Positions 1 to 10,032 are shown, counted from the stretch's first letter. The stretch is DNA of 64,000 bases from an uncultured Acidobacteriota bacterium (GCA_963721405.1 CAVRJA010000014.1:909691-973690); one strand, 5' to 3'. Made by a program: numbers and translations. Notes: generated by a model not told the origin, from the sequence alone.

Positions 1-423
1 TCGTTCACATGAAATACCGCTTCTGCGGTCTCGACCACGCGCCAGACGACGACCGCCGCTATTTCAATAGGGTTGCCGTCATGATCGTTGACCTTGAGCT
101 TGCTGCTCTCAAAGTTGCGCACCCGGAGCGACACCCTCCGGCGCGAGGTCAGCGGGTTCACCCACCGGAGACCCTGCTCTTTCAGCGATCCTTTGTATCT
201 GCCGAACAGCTGTACTACCTTTGCTTCATTTGGATTCACCACCGCCAGGCCGGCAAAGCACACGATCGTAATGAACAGCACGACCAAGCGCACGACGATG
301 AAGAGCGCTTCCTCCGATTCGATCACGGAGATCAGCATCGCAATCTGCGCGATGGCGAACACAATGAGCACCAGCAACATCAACCAACCCGACAATCCCT
401 TTATTTCCTTTTCCCGCAGCATG
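1..423 (-). CDS. SPFH/band-7 (stomatin/HflK-like) membrane protein, N-terminal part; 3' end runs off window
   Basis: Minus-strand translation from ATG at 423 gives [91 protein letters not shown]. This is a TM helix followed by the canonical SPFH start (vv.p.e.gvv.fGk...l.pGlhfi.P). The frame is open to position 1. It is absent from the ORF track only because it is truncated. Confidence 0.55.
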
Positions 424-782
424 GTTGATCCTCCATAAATGATATCACAACAATATCACAATGATTTCACATGTCAAGCATTATTTGTTTCGGGGTCGGA
501 CCGAATCAAATCTAATGTTTTCATCATTTACCTGAAAACCTGGACCCTGAACAGGCCTCAGAATTGATTTTTGGCCCTTTTTTTGCGTTCAACGATGCTC
601 GAGTTGCTGGCTGGCGATGTCGGAGTCACCCCATCCTTCTTTTCAAAATAGACAGGGCAAAAATAAGGACTGAGGCCTCCCGAGAAGGCAATTTTTGGCC
701 TATCTGGTGCAGTGATTCGTCTTGCCTGGGTCCGACCCCCAGTCTATGATGGAGTCTTTACTAGTTTAGCGAAGGAGGAGGC

Positions 783-1271
783 GTGATGAGCAACCTCGAA
801 TTTTGCGTCGATCGTCGAAAGGCCGAGCGGCCGGTGTTTCTCCGTGTTCTCAAGGCGATCCCCGAAGGGCGAAGCGATTACCGGCCCGATCCCAAGGCTC
901 GGACGGCAATCGACCTGGCATGGTTGTTGGCGGTGGAGGAGGCAGCCCTGCTCTCGCTGATCAACACGGGAGAAGTGGAATGGAAAGACTCGTCGCCGCC
1001 TGCGGATCTCGACACGATCGTCGAGTCCTTCGAGCGCGACTCCGCCGCGGTTAACGCAAGCCTGGAACGTCTTGACAAAGCGGCGTGGGAAAAGAAGGTT
1101 CGGTTTTTGATGGGCGGCGGTGGCGTCTGGGAAGACACACTTTCCCAAATGGTCTGGGGCTTTCTGTTTGACGCCATTCACCACCGGGGGCAGTTGAGCA
1201 CATATTTGCGGCCGATGGGCGGCAAGGTGCCGTGTATCTATGGCCCGTCCGCCGACGATCCCGGCCAGTAG
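783..1271 (+). CDS. DinB/YfiT-like (DinB_2) family metal-dependent protein
   Basis: 162 aa with a HHRGQ motif and the DinB_2-like helix-bundle pattern. A strong SD (AAGGAGGAGG) lies 5-10 nt upstream of the GTG/ATG at 783/786. Confidence 0.65.
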   Translation: MMSNLEFCVDRRKAERPVFLRVLKAIPEGRSDYRPDPKARTAIDLAWLLAVEEAALLSLINTGEVEWKDSSPPADLDTIVESFERDSAAVNASLERLDKAAWEKKVRFLMGGGGVWEDTLSQMVWGFLFDAIHHRGQLSTYLRPMGGKVPCIYGPSADDPGQ

Positions 1272-1477
1272 GTCCGCACCTACCGCCGCCCCGCGCCCTC
1301 ACCGGACCGGCACCCGTCTCAGAGCCGCGACCGTAAGGGAGCGGATAACAACCGCCGACTCCCCGTCAGCACGGGCAACCGGCATTCGCTTTTATTTGAA
1401 GCCGAAGGCCCGTCAGTGCTGTTGCTCAGAGCGTGTCGCGGCACAGGCAGGATCACCCTATTCGTTTCGGAGAATCG

Positions 1478-2017
1478 ATGAAGCTGACTGCAAAAAAAAT
1501 TCCGGATGAGTTCATCCGGGCAATTCCAAGAGGATTCCGGTTGGTCAACAAGCAGGGACACGATTATCTGTTGGTCGAGTCTCTATTCTGTCCCAATGGG
1601 CATAACCTGATCGTCGATAGCGTTCGGATTCACGGCGAGTCGTCGATCAAGCTGCAGGCGGTCGTAAACCAGCAATCGGGCTTTCTGTTTGTCGATGCCT
1701 TCTGGGGCAGTCACTCGAAACTCTTCAGTTTTATTCCGCGGATTTCCGAAAAGGGGGCGGTCTACGTCGAAATTCATTGTCCTTACTGCAATGCGGAGAT
1801 GATGGAACCGTACTCCTGTGCGCAGAAAGGATGCGGATCCGAAAAGGGCGTGGTGCTCCTGCTTCCGGGCGGCAAGAACAAGATTCACGTTTGCGCCCGG
1901 CTGGGATGCCCCGGACACGTGCTTGACACCAAAGACATGCCGGCCAGGCTGGCGCGCTCCGTGAGCGTCATTAACTACTTCGGCGCCGGCCCTGAGGACC
2001 CGTTCGGGGGCATCTAG
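1478..2017 (+). CDS. hypothetical Cys-rich protein (CPNGH, CPYC, CARLGCPGH motifs)
   Basis: ORF 1433..2017; likely start at the internal ATG at 1478, preceded by GGAGAA. Several CxxC/CxxH pairs suggest metal binding. I recognised no family. Confidence 0.4.
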   Translation: MKLTAKKIPDEFIRAIPRGFRLVNKQGHDYLLVESLFCPNGHNLIVDSVRIHGESSIKLQAVVNQQSGFLFVDAFWGSHSKLFSFIPRISEKGAVYVEIHCPYCNAEMMEPYSCAQKGCGSEKGVVLLLPGGKNKIHVCARLGCPGHVLDTKDMPARLARSVSVINYFGAGPEDPFGGI

Positions 2018-2364
2018 GAGTGCTGCCGGCTGAGCGGTCGTGCACTAGACAGGCACACCTCACTTGCATACCCGATTGCCTGAGGAAATGCCGTTGCCGG
2101 CAAGCATGGCGATCGTTCTCGTCACGTAGCCTGCATTCGACGAATTCGGGTGATATCTCAGGTATCCGCGCAGGTACGCCACCGCTTCGTCAAAGTCGCT
2201 CTCCCGCATGGCAATCTGCGCGAGCAGGAGCTGTGGCGCCTGGATCATTGCCGGATCACAAGCTCCAGGGCGCGCCGGAAGCAAAGACCTCCAGGATCAT
2301 TCTTCCTATGCCGTAATTTTGGGCGTTTGCCGGCGACTAATATATATAGCGACGGGAGAATCAC

Positions 2365-2862
2365 GTGGCCGGGGACGGGACAAAAGAGGCGCTGTTCCAG
2401 GATGTGGTTGCGGCGAATCAACGCCGTATTCTGGCCATCGCCCGGAGTTATGCCCATGCCGACGAGTGCCAGGACCTCTGCCAGGAAATCCTGCTCCAGA
2501 TGTGGCGGGGGCTCGACGGTTTCCAGGGCAGGTCCGCGCAGTCCACCTGGGTCTACAGGGTCGCGCTGAACACGGCGATCACCTTTCGCAGGAAAAATGG
2601 CCGTCGTGTCGCGCCGGCGTTCCGGCCCGCGGCCGAATCGGTCCCGGAGCCGGTCGCCCCGTCCGACCCGGGAAATGAAGTCCTGATCCTGGAGGAGTTT
2701 CTCGGGTCGCTGTCGGAGATCGATCGGGCGGTATTCCTGCTGTACCTCGAGGATCTCACCTATTGCGAGATTTCCGAGGTCACCGGCCTGACCAAGAGCC
2801 ACGTGGGCGTGTCCATTAACCGCCTCAAAAAAACTTTTGCGCAGCGCTACTGCGGAGGTTGA
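2365..2862 (+). CDS. RNA polymerase sigma-70 factor, ECF subfamily
   Basis: 165 aa with sigma-70 region 2 (ILAIARSYAHADECQDLCQEILLQMWRGLDGF) and region 4 (LTYCEISEVTGLTKSHVGVSINRLKK), typical of ECF sigma factors. Confidence 0.85.
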   Translation: MAGDGTKEALFQDVVAANQRRILAIARSYAHADECQDLCQEILLQMWRGLDGFQGRSAQSTWVYRVALNTAITFRRKNGRRVAPAFRPAAESVPEPVAPSDPGNEVLILEEFLGSLSEIDRAVFLLYLEDLTYCEISEVTGLTKSHVGVSINRLKKTFAQRYCGG

Positions 2863-2864
2863 TC

Positions 2865-3458
2865 ATGGAACTCGAAGGATTCAAAGCGGCATGGCAGAAT
2901 CGTTCCGTGGAAGGGCACTCCCTCTCCTCGCCGGCAATGATCTCGAGGTCCCGCCGGTTTCTGCGTACGACCGCGATCCACGATCTGCAAAGGTCCGAAG
3001 AGCTTTCGCGGCTCATCTTCAGCCTGCTCTTCGCCCTGGTTGCGATCGGCGGGTCATTGATGGTCCTGCCCTCCCTCTCGGGCCGAATCGCCGCCTGGCT
3101 GCTGGCGCTGGCGCTGGTGGTGGATGGCGCCACAGGGTTGGCGCTCCTGGCCAAACGGTTCGGGGAACCGTCGACGACCTCGATGCTCGACTATATCAGG
3201 CGGGAACACCGCCTCGCGGAAAACCGGCTCCGGTTCGAGCGTTATACTCAGGGGCTCATGTATGTCCTTGCGGCATGCGCCCTGCTGGTGGCTGTCTTCG
3301 GCCCGAATGCGGTGACTCCCCGGGAGAACGCCCTCGACCTGTTGGGGAGATCCGGCGTCGTGACCGCGTTTTTGGCAGTCGTGTGGAGACGGACCAAATC
3401 GCGGTCGAGGGACGTCTGCCGCGAACTCGAGCGATATCTCAACGATCTCGACAAATGA
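2865..3458 (+). CDS. putative membrane anti-sigma factor (ECF sigma partner)
   Basis: Starts 3 nt after the sigma factor stop, with a GGAGG RBS inside the sigma 3' end. Cytoplasmic N-terminus followed by multiple TM helices. The classic sigma/anti-sigma operon layout supports the call. Confidence 0.55.
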   Translation: MELEGFKAAWQNRSVEGHSLSSPAMISRSRRFLRTTAIHDLQRSEELSRLIFSLLFALVAIGGSLMVLPSLSGRIAAWLLALALVVDGATGLALLAKRFGEPSTTSMLDYIRREHRLAENRLRFERYTQGLMYVLAACALLVAVFGPNAVTPRENALDLLGRSGVVTAFLAVVWRRTKSRSRDVCRELERYLNDLDK

Positions 3459-3871
3459 CCGCCCGGCACGGTCGAAGATCCTCTTCGGAAACTTAACCTC
3501 TCCGGAAACTGCCCCGACAGTGATTGCGTTTCACAGCCGCGGGCGTCAGCAAGCGGGTGGTTCGCCAGCCCGTCATGCGAATGGATCGAAGCGTTTATGA
3601 CCCGCTCCCTCACGGTCGCGGTTCTGTTTGCCATCCCGGTCCTGGCCCGATACCTTGCCGTCGCTCGCATCCAGATCAGAGTTTCCGCGATTGAACTTCT
3701 TACCCCCCCGGCCATGATGCAGCCGAACCATCTACGAAGTCTGGTAGTAGATGCCCGTCAAACCTATGCTGGGGGGTGTTTGCAGTCTTCTGCCGCAACC
3801 CCCGGCAGATCACAGTAGGTTTGGCAGGGTATCGCGCACAATGTGAACCTCTGAACGGAGCGGAAATACGC

Positions 3872-6619
3872 ATGCGTCTCATAGTCCGGCAGCTATATTT
3901 TCCTTTTTTGCTTCTGATCACGTTATCGGTTCAACCGCTATCCTCCAGCCTGGCGCAGGAACGCACGCAGGCGCCGCGGGGAACCATCACGGGGACGGTG
4001 AAAGACCTCAGTAACGCGCTCGTCTCACGCGCAAAGGTTTTTCTGCTCAATTCCAGCCAGGCGACGCTGCGGGCGACGGAGACCGATGGGGAAGGGAAGT
4101 TCCGCATCGAGGACGTGCCGACCGGCGCCTATGAAATTCTGGTGTCCCGCGAAGGATTCACTCCTGAACGACGGGCGGTGGCCGTCACGGCAGGCAACCC
4201 GGTCGACCTGGCGATTATTCTCTCGGTGCGGCAAATCACTGAGCTGATCACCGTCACGGCCGAAACCGGCGCCGCCAGGGACAAGGACCTGGTTACGCAG
4301 CAGGTCAATGTGATCCCGGATACCGTCCTGGCGCAACGCACCACGGCCGTTCTTGCCCAGGTCGCGGACGAGGAAGTCGGCATTTCGCTTCAGCGCACCA
4401 GCCCGACGATCGGCTCGGTAATGGTCCGCGGCCTGACCGAGGTCGGCGTCTACATCGATGGGGTGCGGTACACGAATTCCACACAGCGGGGCGGCATCAA
4501 CACCTTCTTCAATCTCAACGATGCGACCAGCCTGGATGCCGTGGAAGTTTTGCGCGGTCCCAACACCGCCCAGTATGGATCGGACTCGCTCGGCGGCACC
4601 GTGCAACTCCTTACCAGGCAGCCGGCGCTCGGTTTTGCACAGCCGGAGGTCCATGGGGAGGTCAACACCTTCTTCAACAGCGCCGATCTCTCGAGCGGGG
4701 GCAACACGCTCGTGACTTACGGCACCCGGCGGCTGGGCATCCTGGCCAATGTTACGGGCCGTCGCGTCAACACGCTGCGCCCCGGGGGCGGCATCGACGG
4801 CCACTCTGCAATCACGCGATTTCTGGGCCTCTCTTCCAACGTCATGGGATCGTCCAGGCTGCCCGACACGGCGTTCACGCAATACGGCGGAACGATCAAA
4901 CTGAATTTTATGCCCACGTCGGACCAGAACATCAGCTTTCATTACCAGCGTGGCCAGCAGGACGGCGGCAAGCGATACGACCAGTTGCTGGGAGGGGACG
5001 GCAACCTGGTGGCCGATCTGCGCAACCTGATGCTCGATTTCGTTTACGGACGCTACTACAAGCTGCGGGCGGGTTTCTTCGACAGCTTCACCGCGACCGC
5101 CTCCTACAACAGCCAGCGCGAGGAGCGCGTCAATCAAGGCGGCAACGGCAACCCGCTGGCCGCCATCACCCACGATAAGGAACGCACCAGCACCTATGGG
5201 GCCAGCTTCTATGTCGACAAGCAGTCGTTCGGGCGCAACAGCTTCCTGTTCGGGGGTGATTTTTATCGCGATCACGTGAATGCGCCCTCGTACTCATTCG
5301 ACCCGTCCACCGGCGCAGTCACGCTGGTGAGGCCCCGTGTGCCTAATGGGGCGCGCTACATCCTGGCGGGAGCCTATGCCCAGGACGCCTTCGACCTGAT
5401 TCCGAAGCGTCTGCGGTTGAGCGGGGCGTTGCGATACAACGTCGGCTCGTATCTGTCCAGGGCCGAAAACAGTCCGCTGGTGAACGGGCAGCCGCTCTTC
5501 CCCGACGATTCCCTGCGCGTCGCCGATTTTTCGGGCCGCATCGGAATGGTGTTGACGCTGACTGACGGGTTCAACCTGGCGGCAAACTACAGTCGCGGCT
5601 TCCGCGCCCCCAACATCACGAGCCTCGGCTCGACCGGCCTGGTCGGCGTGGGTTACCAGGTGGCCACCAGCGACGTCGCGGGACTCGGCGCGACGATCGG
5701 CACCAGCGCGGACGACAGCGCCGTTTCGACCGGCATCGCGGTGGAGCCGCTGCGGTCGGAAATCAGCAACAACTATGAGGTGGGCCTTCGCTTCCGCAAC
5801 CGGCGCTTCGAGACGGACTTGACCGGTTTCCTGATCGAGTACGGCAATACAATTGTGCGGCAGACTCTGATTCTGCCCTCCGGGGCAGTCGGCCTTCGCC
5901 TGGGCAGCCAGGTGATCGAGCGCCAGAGCGCCAGCGGAGCGGTCTTTGTGCCACTTTCCTCTTCCCCCGTGCTGGTACAGGCCAACTTCGGCGGGACGCG
6001 GTTGTACGGCGCCGAATATTCCCTGGAAATCCGCCTGAACGACTCGTGGTCGCTTGGCGGAAATTACAGCTATGTGCGCGCGGAAGACAAAGCGACCGGC
6101 CAGCCGCCAAACCTGGGAGGCGGGGGCCTGCCGCCGCAGAGCGGCCTGGTGCGTCTGCGCTTCCAGCCGGCGGGCAAGCGCTATTGGGTCGAAGCCTACT
6201 CGACGCTTGCGGGCAGGCAGGACCGCCTCTCCTCACTCGATCTTTCGGACCGGCGCACCGGCGCCGCCCGTTCACGAACGAACATCCAGAATTTCTTCCG
6301 CCGCGGCGCCTGCGTCTACGGTCTGACAACGCCGGGTGCGGATGGGAAGTGCGGTTCCAGCGGCGGCACGCTGATCGCCACCGGCGAAACGCTGGCCCAG
6401 GTGCAGAACCGCGTCCTTGGGAGCGCCTCTTCGGCCCCGTTGTTTACGGCGATCCCCGGGTACGGCCTGATCAGCCTGCGCGGCGGTCTTGCCTTCAAAG
6501 AAAGGCACGAAATCACGCTCGAATTCAAGAACATTGGGGACAAGAGCCATCGCGCTCCCGGTTGGGGCGTGGATGGACCCGGACGCAGCGTGACGGCGCA
6601 CTACCGCGTGCGGTTCTGA
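3872..6619 (+). CDS. TonB-dependent outer-membrane receptor with N-terminal carboxypeptidase-regulatory-like domain
   Basis: Signal peptide MRLIVRQLYFPFLLLITLSVQPLSSSLAQ. CarbopepD_reg-like segment (GTITGTVKD...GKFRIEDVPTGAYEILVSREGF). Plug motif (VLRGPNTAQYGSDSLGGTVQLLTRQP). Long beta-barrel ending in C-terminal F (HYRVRF). The start was moved from ORF start 3776 to the ATG at 3872. Confidence 0.85.
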   Translation: MRLIVRQLYFPFLLLITLSVQPLSSSLAQERTQAPRGTITGTVKDLSNALVSRAKVFLLNSSQATLRATETDGEGKFRIEDVPTGAYEILVSREGFTPERRAVAVTAGNPVDLAIILSVRQITELITVTAETGAARDKDLVTQQVNVIPDTVLAQRTTAVLAQVADEEVGISLQRTSPTIGSVMVRGLTEVGVYIDGVRYTNSTQRGGINTFFNLNDATSLDAVEVLRGPNTAQYGSDSLGGTVQLLTRQPALGFAQPEVHGEVNTFFNSADLSSGGNTLVTYGTRRLGILANVTGRRVNTLRPGGGIDGHSAITRFLGLSSNVMGSSRLPDTAFTQYGGTIKLNFMPTSDQNISFHYQRGQQDGGKRYDQLLGGDGNLVADLRNLMLDFVYGRYYKLRAGFFDSFTATASYNSQREERVNQGGNGNPLAAITHDKERTSTYGASFYVDKQSFGRNSFLFGGDFYRDHVNAPSYSFDPSTGAVTLVRPRVPNGARYILAGAYAQDAFDLIPKRLRLSGALRYNVGSYLSRAENSPLVNGQPLFPDDSLRVADFSGRIGMVLTLTDGFNLAANYSRGFRAPNITSLGSTGLVGVGYQVATSDVAGLGATIGTSADDSAVSTGIAVEPLRSEISNNYEVGLRFRNRRFETDLTGFLIEYGNTIVRQTLILPSGAVGLRLGSQVIERQSASGAVFVPLSSSPVLVQANFGGTRLYGAEYSLEIRLNDSWSLGGNYSYVRAEDKATGQPPNLGGGGLPPQSGLVRLRFQPAGKRYWVEAYSTLAGRQDRLSSLDLSDRRTGAARSRTNIQNFFRRGACVYGLTTPGADGKCGSSGGTLIATGETLAQVQNRVLGSASSAPLFTAIPGYGLISLRGGLAFKERHEITLEFKNIGDKSHRAPGWGVDGPGRSVTAHYRVRF

Positions 6620-6621
6620 GG

Positions 6622-7098
6622 TTACGGAACGGGGAGCTTTTCGGCCGCGTTAGGTGCGAGGTATATCAGCTCGCGTCCCTTGTGGTGTGAATCCACAAGA
6701 GTGCCGACGCACATGCCCGCCAGGCCGAACAGGACGCTGCCGAATGCGATGAAACCCGCCCTGTCGCGGTGGTTGATCTCCGGCGAGGCGGCGGCAGCCA
6801 GGAGGGCGGCGGCGACTCCCGCAGACAGGCCGATGACCGCCCCGTTGAACAGGCGGTCTTCATACTTCTCGGCGGTAATGCTCTCCACCTCGGATTTGCG
6901 GATGCGCCTCGGGTTCCCGCTCGTATCCACGACCAGCAGCATTTCCCGGTCGGAACTGATGTAGGTGCACTCCATCCGTTCGCCATTGGCCGCCTTCAGG
7001 ATTATAGGGGTCCCGGAAGACATCAGGTCGACTTTCTGCCATTTGCCGCGGATCACTTCGGCGGCTTCCGAGGAACAAGCCAGAAGCAGGATGGTCAT
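6622..7098 (-). CDS. hypothetical lipoprotein with C-terminal TM helix
   Basis: ORF 6622..7386. The N-terminal 96 codons translate a low-complexity GC repeat (PAPSTQHPAPNTQH), so the start was trimmed to the internal Met giving MTILLLACSSEAAEV, a lipobox-like sequence. The C-terminal region is hydrophobic. Confidence 0.45.
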   Translation of the reverse strand: MTILLLACSSEAAEVIRGKWQKVDLMSSGTPIILKAANGERMECTYISSDREMLLVVDTSGNPRRIRKSEVESITAEKYEDRLFNGAVIGLSAGVAAALLAAAASPEINHRDRAGFIAFGSVLFGLAGMCVGTLVDSHHKGRELIYLAPNAAEKLPVP

Positions 7099-7194
7099 TG
7101 CCGCCGACAGCGTTTTCCGCACAACCGTCCCCCCTGAGGCGCCGCGAAGACGCCGCCTGCATTCCAATGCTACCACATCTGCGCCCCGGTCCGC

Positions 7195-7290
7195 CCGCCC
7201 GCTCGGGTGTCGGGTGCCGGGGATCAGGTGCTGGGTGTTGGGTGCCGGGTGTTGGGTGCTTGGTGCCGGGTGTTGGGTGTTGGGGGCATA
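7195..7290. repeat. GC-rich tandem repeat array (GGTGCCGGGTGTTGGGTGCT-like units)
   Basis: gggtgtcgggtgccggggatcaggtgctgggtgttgggtgccgggtgttgggtgcttggtgccgggtgttgggtgttggggg. Inverted copies lie at 7600..7665 and 12711..12790. Confidence 0.7.
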
Positions 7291-7599
7291 AGAGTGTGTC
7301 GAATGGTTGATCCACGTCTGACGAGGCCCGAAGGGCCGGCAGTGCATAGGCCCGGCCGTCAGGCCGGGATAAGGATAACGAGGCAATTAGCGCCGAAGGT
7401 GCGGCACAAAATGTCCGGAAGTGCATTGAATGTGCCGGCCCTTCAGGCCTCGCTCTCCAGCGTGCCCGAACCCCGCGCTGACGCGCGGGGCGCTTCAATG
7501 CCGGCGCTTCGCGCATCCCCCCAGCTTGCATCTCAACCGTTGCCTACCCCTCATCAGCCCGACGCCTCGCGTCGACCATCTAATCCCCGTATCTCAAGC

Positions 7600-7665
7600 T
7601 GGTCCGACTCCCCAACCCCTGTCCCCCAACACCTGACACCCGGCACCCAACACCCGGCGCCTCCG
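7600..7665. repeat. GC-rich tandem repeat array, inverted copy of 7195..7290
   Basis: ccccaacccctgtcccccaacacctgacacccggcacccaacacccggcgcc is the reverse complement of the GGTGCC/GGGTGTT motif family. Together with 7195..7290 it brackets a roughly 310-bp hairpin-rich segment. Confidence 0.7.
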
Positions 7666-7707
7666 CGGCGATGATCCTTGGTAATATTGGTGGTACAGGA
7701 GCGGCGG

Positions 7708-10032
7708 ATGCAGCGGGGGTTTGTTCTCCAGAGCACATACAGGATCGAAGGCGGCAAGCCGGTCGTGCTGGTTTACGGCAAGCTGGAATCGGGCCAATCC
7801 TTCCTGATCCGGGACATGCGGCAACTGCCTTACTTCCATGTCCGGCGGGACGACGCGGAGCGCGTGCGGGCGCTGGGGGCGCACATCGTCGAAGGCGAAA
7901 ATTTGCGGAATACGCTCCGGGGCGAACCTGCCGTCCGGGTCGCGGCCCGAGAGCCCCGCGAAATTCCGCCGCTGAGGGAAAAGCTGGCGGCGAGCGGCAT
8001 CGAGTGTTTTGAAGCGGACGTCCCGTTTGCCACGCGCTATCTCATTGACCGCGGGATCCGCGGCGCACTCGAAATCGACGGGAATTCCGTAAGGGACGAG
8101 GGCGCGGGTGTGGGCGCCGTCTTCGAGAATCCCGAACTGCGCCCGGCCGACTGGTCGCCCCGTCTCTCAATCCTGTCCTTCGATATCGAGACCAACCCGC
8201 AGGCCGATCGCCTTCTCTCGATCGCCCTCGCCGGCTGCGGCGTTGCCGAAGTGATGCTCTTCACTCCGAAGGGCTACTCGACCGCTCCGGGAGCGGTTCC
8301 GTTTGCGAGCGAGAAAGCGCTTCTCGAGGCATTCGTGCGCCGCGTGAGCGAACTGGACCCCGACGTCATCACCGGCTGGAACGTCGTCGACTTCGACCTC
8401 GCCGTGCTCGCGAGAATCGGCGAACGCCTGGCAGTCCCGATCGCAATCGGGCGAGGTCCAGAGCCGTTGCGCCTGCGGTCTTCGAACTTTGCTCGTGCCC
8501 GGAACCAGGCGATCGTCACGGGAAGAATCGTGCTGGACGGAATCGAGTTGCTGCGCGGGGCCTTTATCCGCCTCGAGAGCTACTCGCTGGATGCGGCCGC
8601 GCGGGAGATCCTCGGCAAGGGAAAGACCGTCACCGGCCACGACCGCTCCGCTGAAATTGTCAGGATGTTCAAGGAGGACCGGGCGCGACTGGTCGAATAC
8701 AATCTCAACGATGCCCGCCTGGTGCTGGAAATCCTGGACGAGCTGAACCTGGTGCAACTGGCCGTTGAGCGCAGCCGCCTCACGGGCATGCCTCCGGACC
8801 GTGTCGCTGCCAGCATCGCGTCCTTTGATTTTCTCTATCTCTCGGCCCTGTCGAGCCGGGGCGTGGTGGCGCCGACGACCGACCCATCGGGTCCATGGGA
8901 CACGCCGACCAGCGGCGGGCACGTGCTCGACCCGCTCCCCGGCCTGTACCGCAACGTTCTCGTTTTCGACTTCAGAAGCCTGTACCCGAGCATCATCCGG
9001 ACCTTTCAGATCGATCCGCTGGGCTACCTGCCTTCGCCCCAACCCGGCGACGACCCGATCGTCGCCCCAAACGGCGCGGCTTTCCGCCGGAGCAAGGGCA
9101 TCCTGCCGGCGATCCTGGATGATCTGGTTCCCCGGCGCGCCAAAGCGGTGGCGGCGGGGGATAAGGTCGCCGGCCATGCCATCAAGATCCTGATGAACTC
9201 GTTCTACGGAGTGCTCGGAACACCGGCCTGCAGATTCGCTTCGCCCGCGCTGGCCAACGCCATCACCGGATTCGGGCGTGAACTGCTCCTGTGGTCCAGG
9301 AACCGGCTCGAAAGTTACGGCTACAAGGTGCTCTATGGCGACACGGACAGCCTGTTCGCCCTCTCCGGGCTGGAAGACCGCGGGGAAGCTCGCAGCCTGG
9401 GTCCGCGCCTTGCCTCCCGTCTCAACCGGGATCTGTCCGAGCACATCCGCAGCACGTGGCGGGTGGAGAGCCGTCTGGAACTCCGGTTCGAAAAAATGTT
9501 CCTCCGGTTCCTGCTTCCCGCCGTCCGCCACGGCACCGCCGGCGCCAGAAAGCGATATGCCGGCCTCGTGGAGGATAACGGCAGGGAGGAAGTGGTATTC
9601 ACCGGCATGGAAGCCGTTCGGCGCGACTGGACCGGCCTGGCCCGGCGGATCCAGCGCGAAATTTATCTGCGCCTGTTCACCGACCGCCCCGTGATCGAGT
9701 TCCTGCGCGAGATCGTGAAAGGCCTGCGCGCCGGACGATTCGATGATCAGCTGATTTACCGCAAGGCGGTCCGGAAAGACCTCGACGCCTATGTCGCCTC
9801 TACTCCGCCGCACGTCGCCGCGGCCCGCAAGTCGTCCGGCAGGCAAGGCTCCGTGGTTGCCTATGTCATAACCGTCAAAGGACCCGAACCGGCGGACGAG
9901 CGTCGTTCGGCGATCGATTACGAACACTACGTGCAAAAGCAGGTCAGGGCGGTGTCGGAGCCGGTGCTGGCCCTCCTCGATCTCGACTTCAACCGCGTAA
10001 TCGGCGACGACACCCAACTGAAGCTCTTCTAA
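7708..10032 (+). CDS. polB: DNA polymerase II (family B DNA polymerase)
   Basis: N-terminus MQRGFVLQSTYRIEGG resembles E. coli Pol II MAQAGFILTRHW. Exo I motif SFDIETN, Exo II YNLNDARL, motif A DFRSLYPSII, motif B KILMNSFYGVLG, motif C YGDTDS, C-terminal ...DTQLKLF. RBS GGAGCGGCGG before the ATG at 7708. Confidence 0.9.
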   Translation: MQRGFVLQSTYRIEGGKPVVLVYGKLESGQSFLIRDMRQLPYFHVRRDDAERVRALGAHIVEGENLRNTLRGEPAVRVAAREPREIPPLREKLAASGIECFEADVPFATRYLIDRGIRGALEIDGNSVRDEGAGVGAVFENPELRPADWSPRLSILSFDIETNPQADRLLSIALAGCGVAEVMLFTPKGYSTAPGAVPFASEKALLEAFVRRVSELDPDVITGWNVVDFDLAVLARIGERLAVPIAIGRGPEPLRLRSSNFARARNQAIVTGRIVLDGIELLRGAFIRLESYSLDAAAREILGKGKTVTGHDRSAEIVRMFKEDRARLVEYNLNDARLVLEILDELNLVQLAVERSRLTGMPPDRVAASIASFDFLYLSALSSRGVVAPTTDPSGPWDTPTSGGHVLDPLPGLYRNVLVFDFRSLYPSIIRTFQIDPLGYLPSPQPGDDPIVAPNGAAFRRSKGILPAILDDLVPRRAKAVAAGDKVAGHAIKILMNSFYGVLGTPACRFASPALANAITGFGRELLLWSRNRLESYGYKVLYGDTDSLFALSGLEDRGEARSLGPRLASRLNRDLSEHIRSTWRVESRLELRFEKMFLRFLLPAVRHGTAGARKRYAGLVEDNGREEVVFTGMEAVRRDWTGLARRIQREIYLRLFTDRPVIEFLREIVKGLRAGRFDDQLIYRKAVRKDLDAYVASTPPHVAAARKSSGRQGSVVAYVITVKGPEPADERRSAIDYEHYVQKQVRAVSEPVLALLDLDFNRVIGDDTQLKLF

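Noticed and set aside
9-438. Plus-strand ORFs 9..428 and 88..438 (139 and 116 aa)
   Set aside because: Low-complexity His/Arg/Gln-rich translations antisense to a well-formed SPFH gene on the minus strand. They are typical GC-rich antisense artefacts.
2060-2284. 74-aa minus-strand ORF with a TPR-like helix pair (AQIAMRESDFDEAVAYLRGYLRYHP)
   Set aside because: Too short and lacking a convincing start or RBS. Possibly a remnant of a TPR gene. Not annotated as a gene.
4025-5275. 416-aa minus-strand ORF inside the TonB-dependent receptor gene
   Set aside because: Antisense to a confidently identified receptor gene. The translation is Ala/Arg/Gly-rich with no domain signature. Long spurious antisense ORFs are expected at about 65% GC.
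7195-7290. Possibility that the GC-rich tandem arrays are CRISPR repeats
   Set aside because: The units are contiguous or degenerate tandem copies without uniform-length unique spacers. No cas genes are nearby.
7099-7386. N-terminal 96-codon extension of the lipoprotein ORF 6622..7386
   Set aside because: Runs through the GC-rich tandem array, giving the PAPSTQHPAPNTQH low-complexity translation. A lipobox-like start exists at the internal Met.
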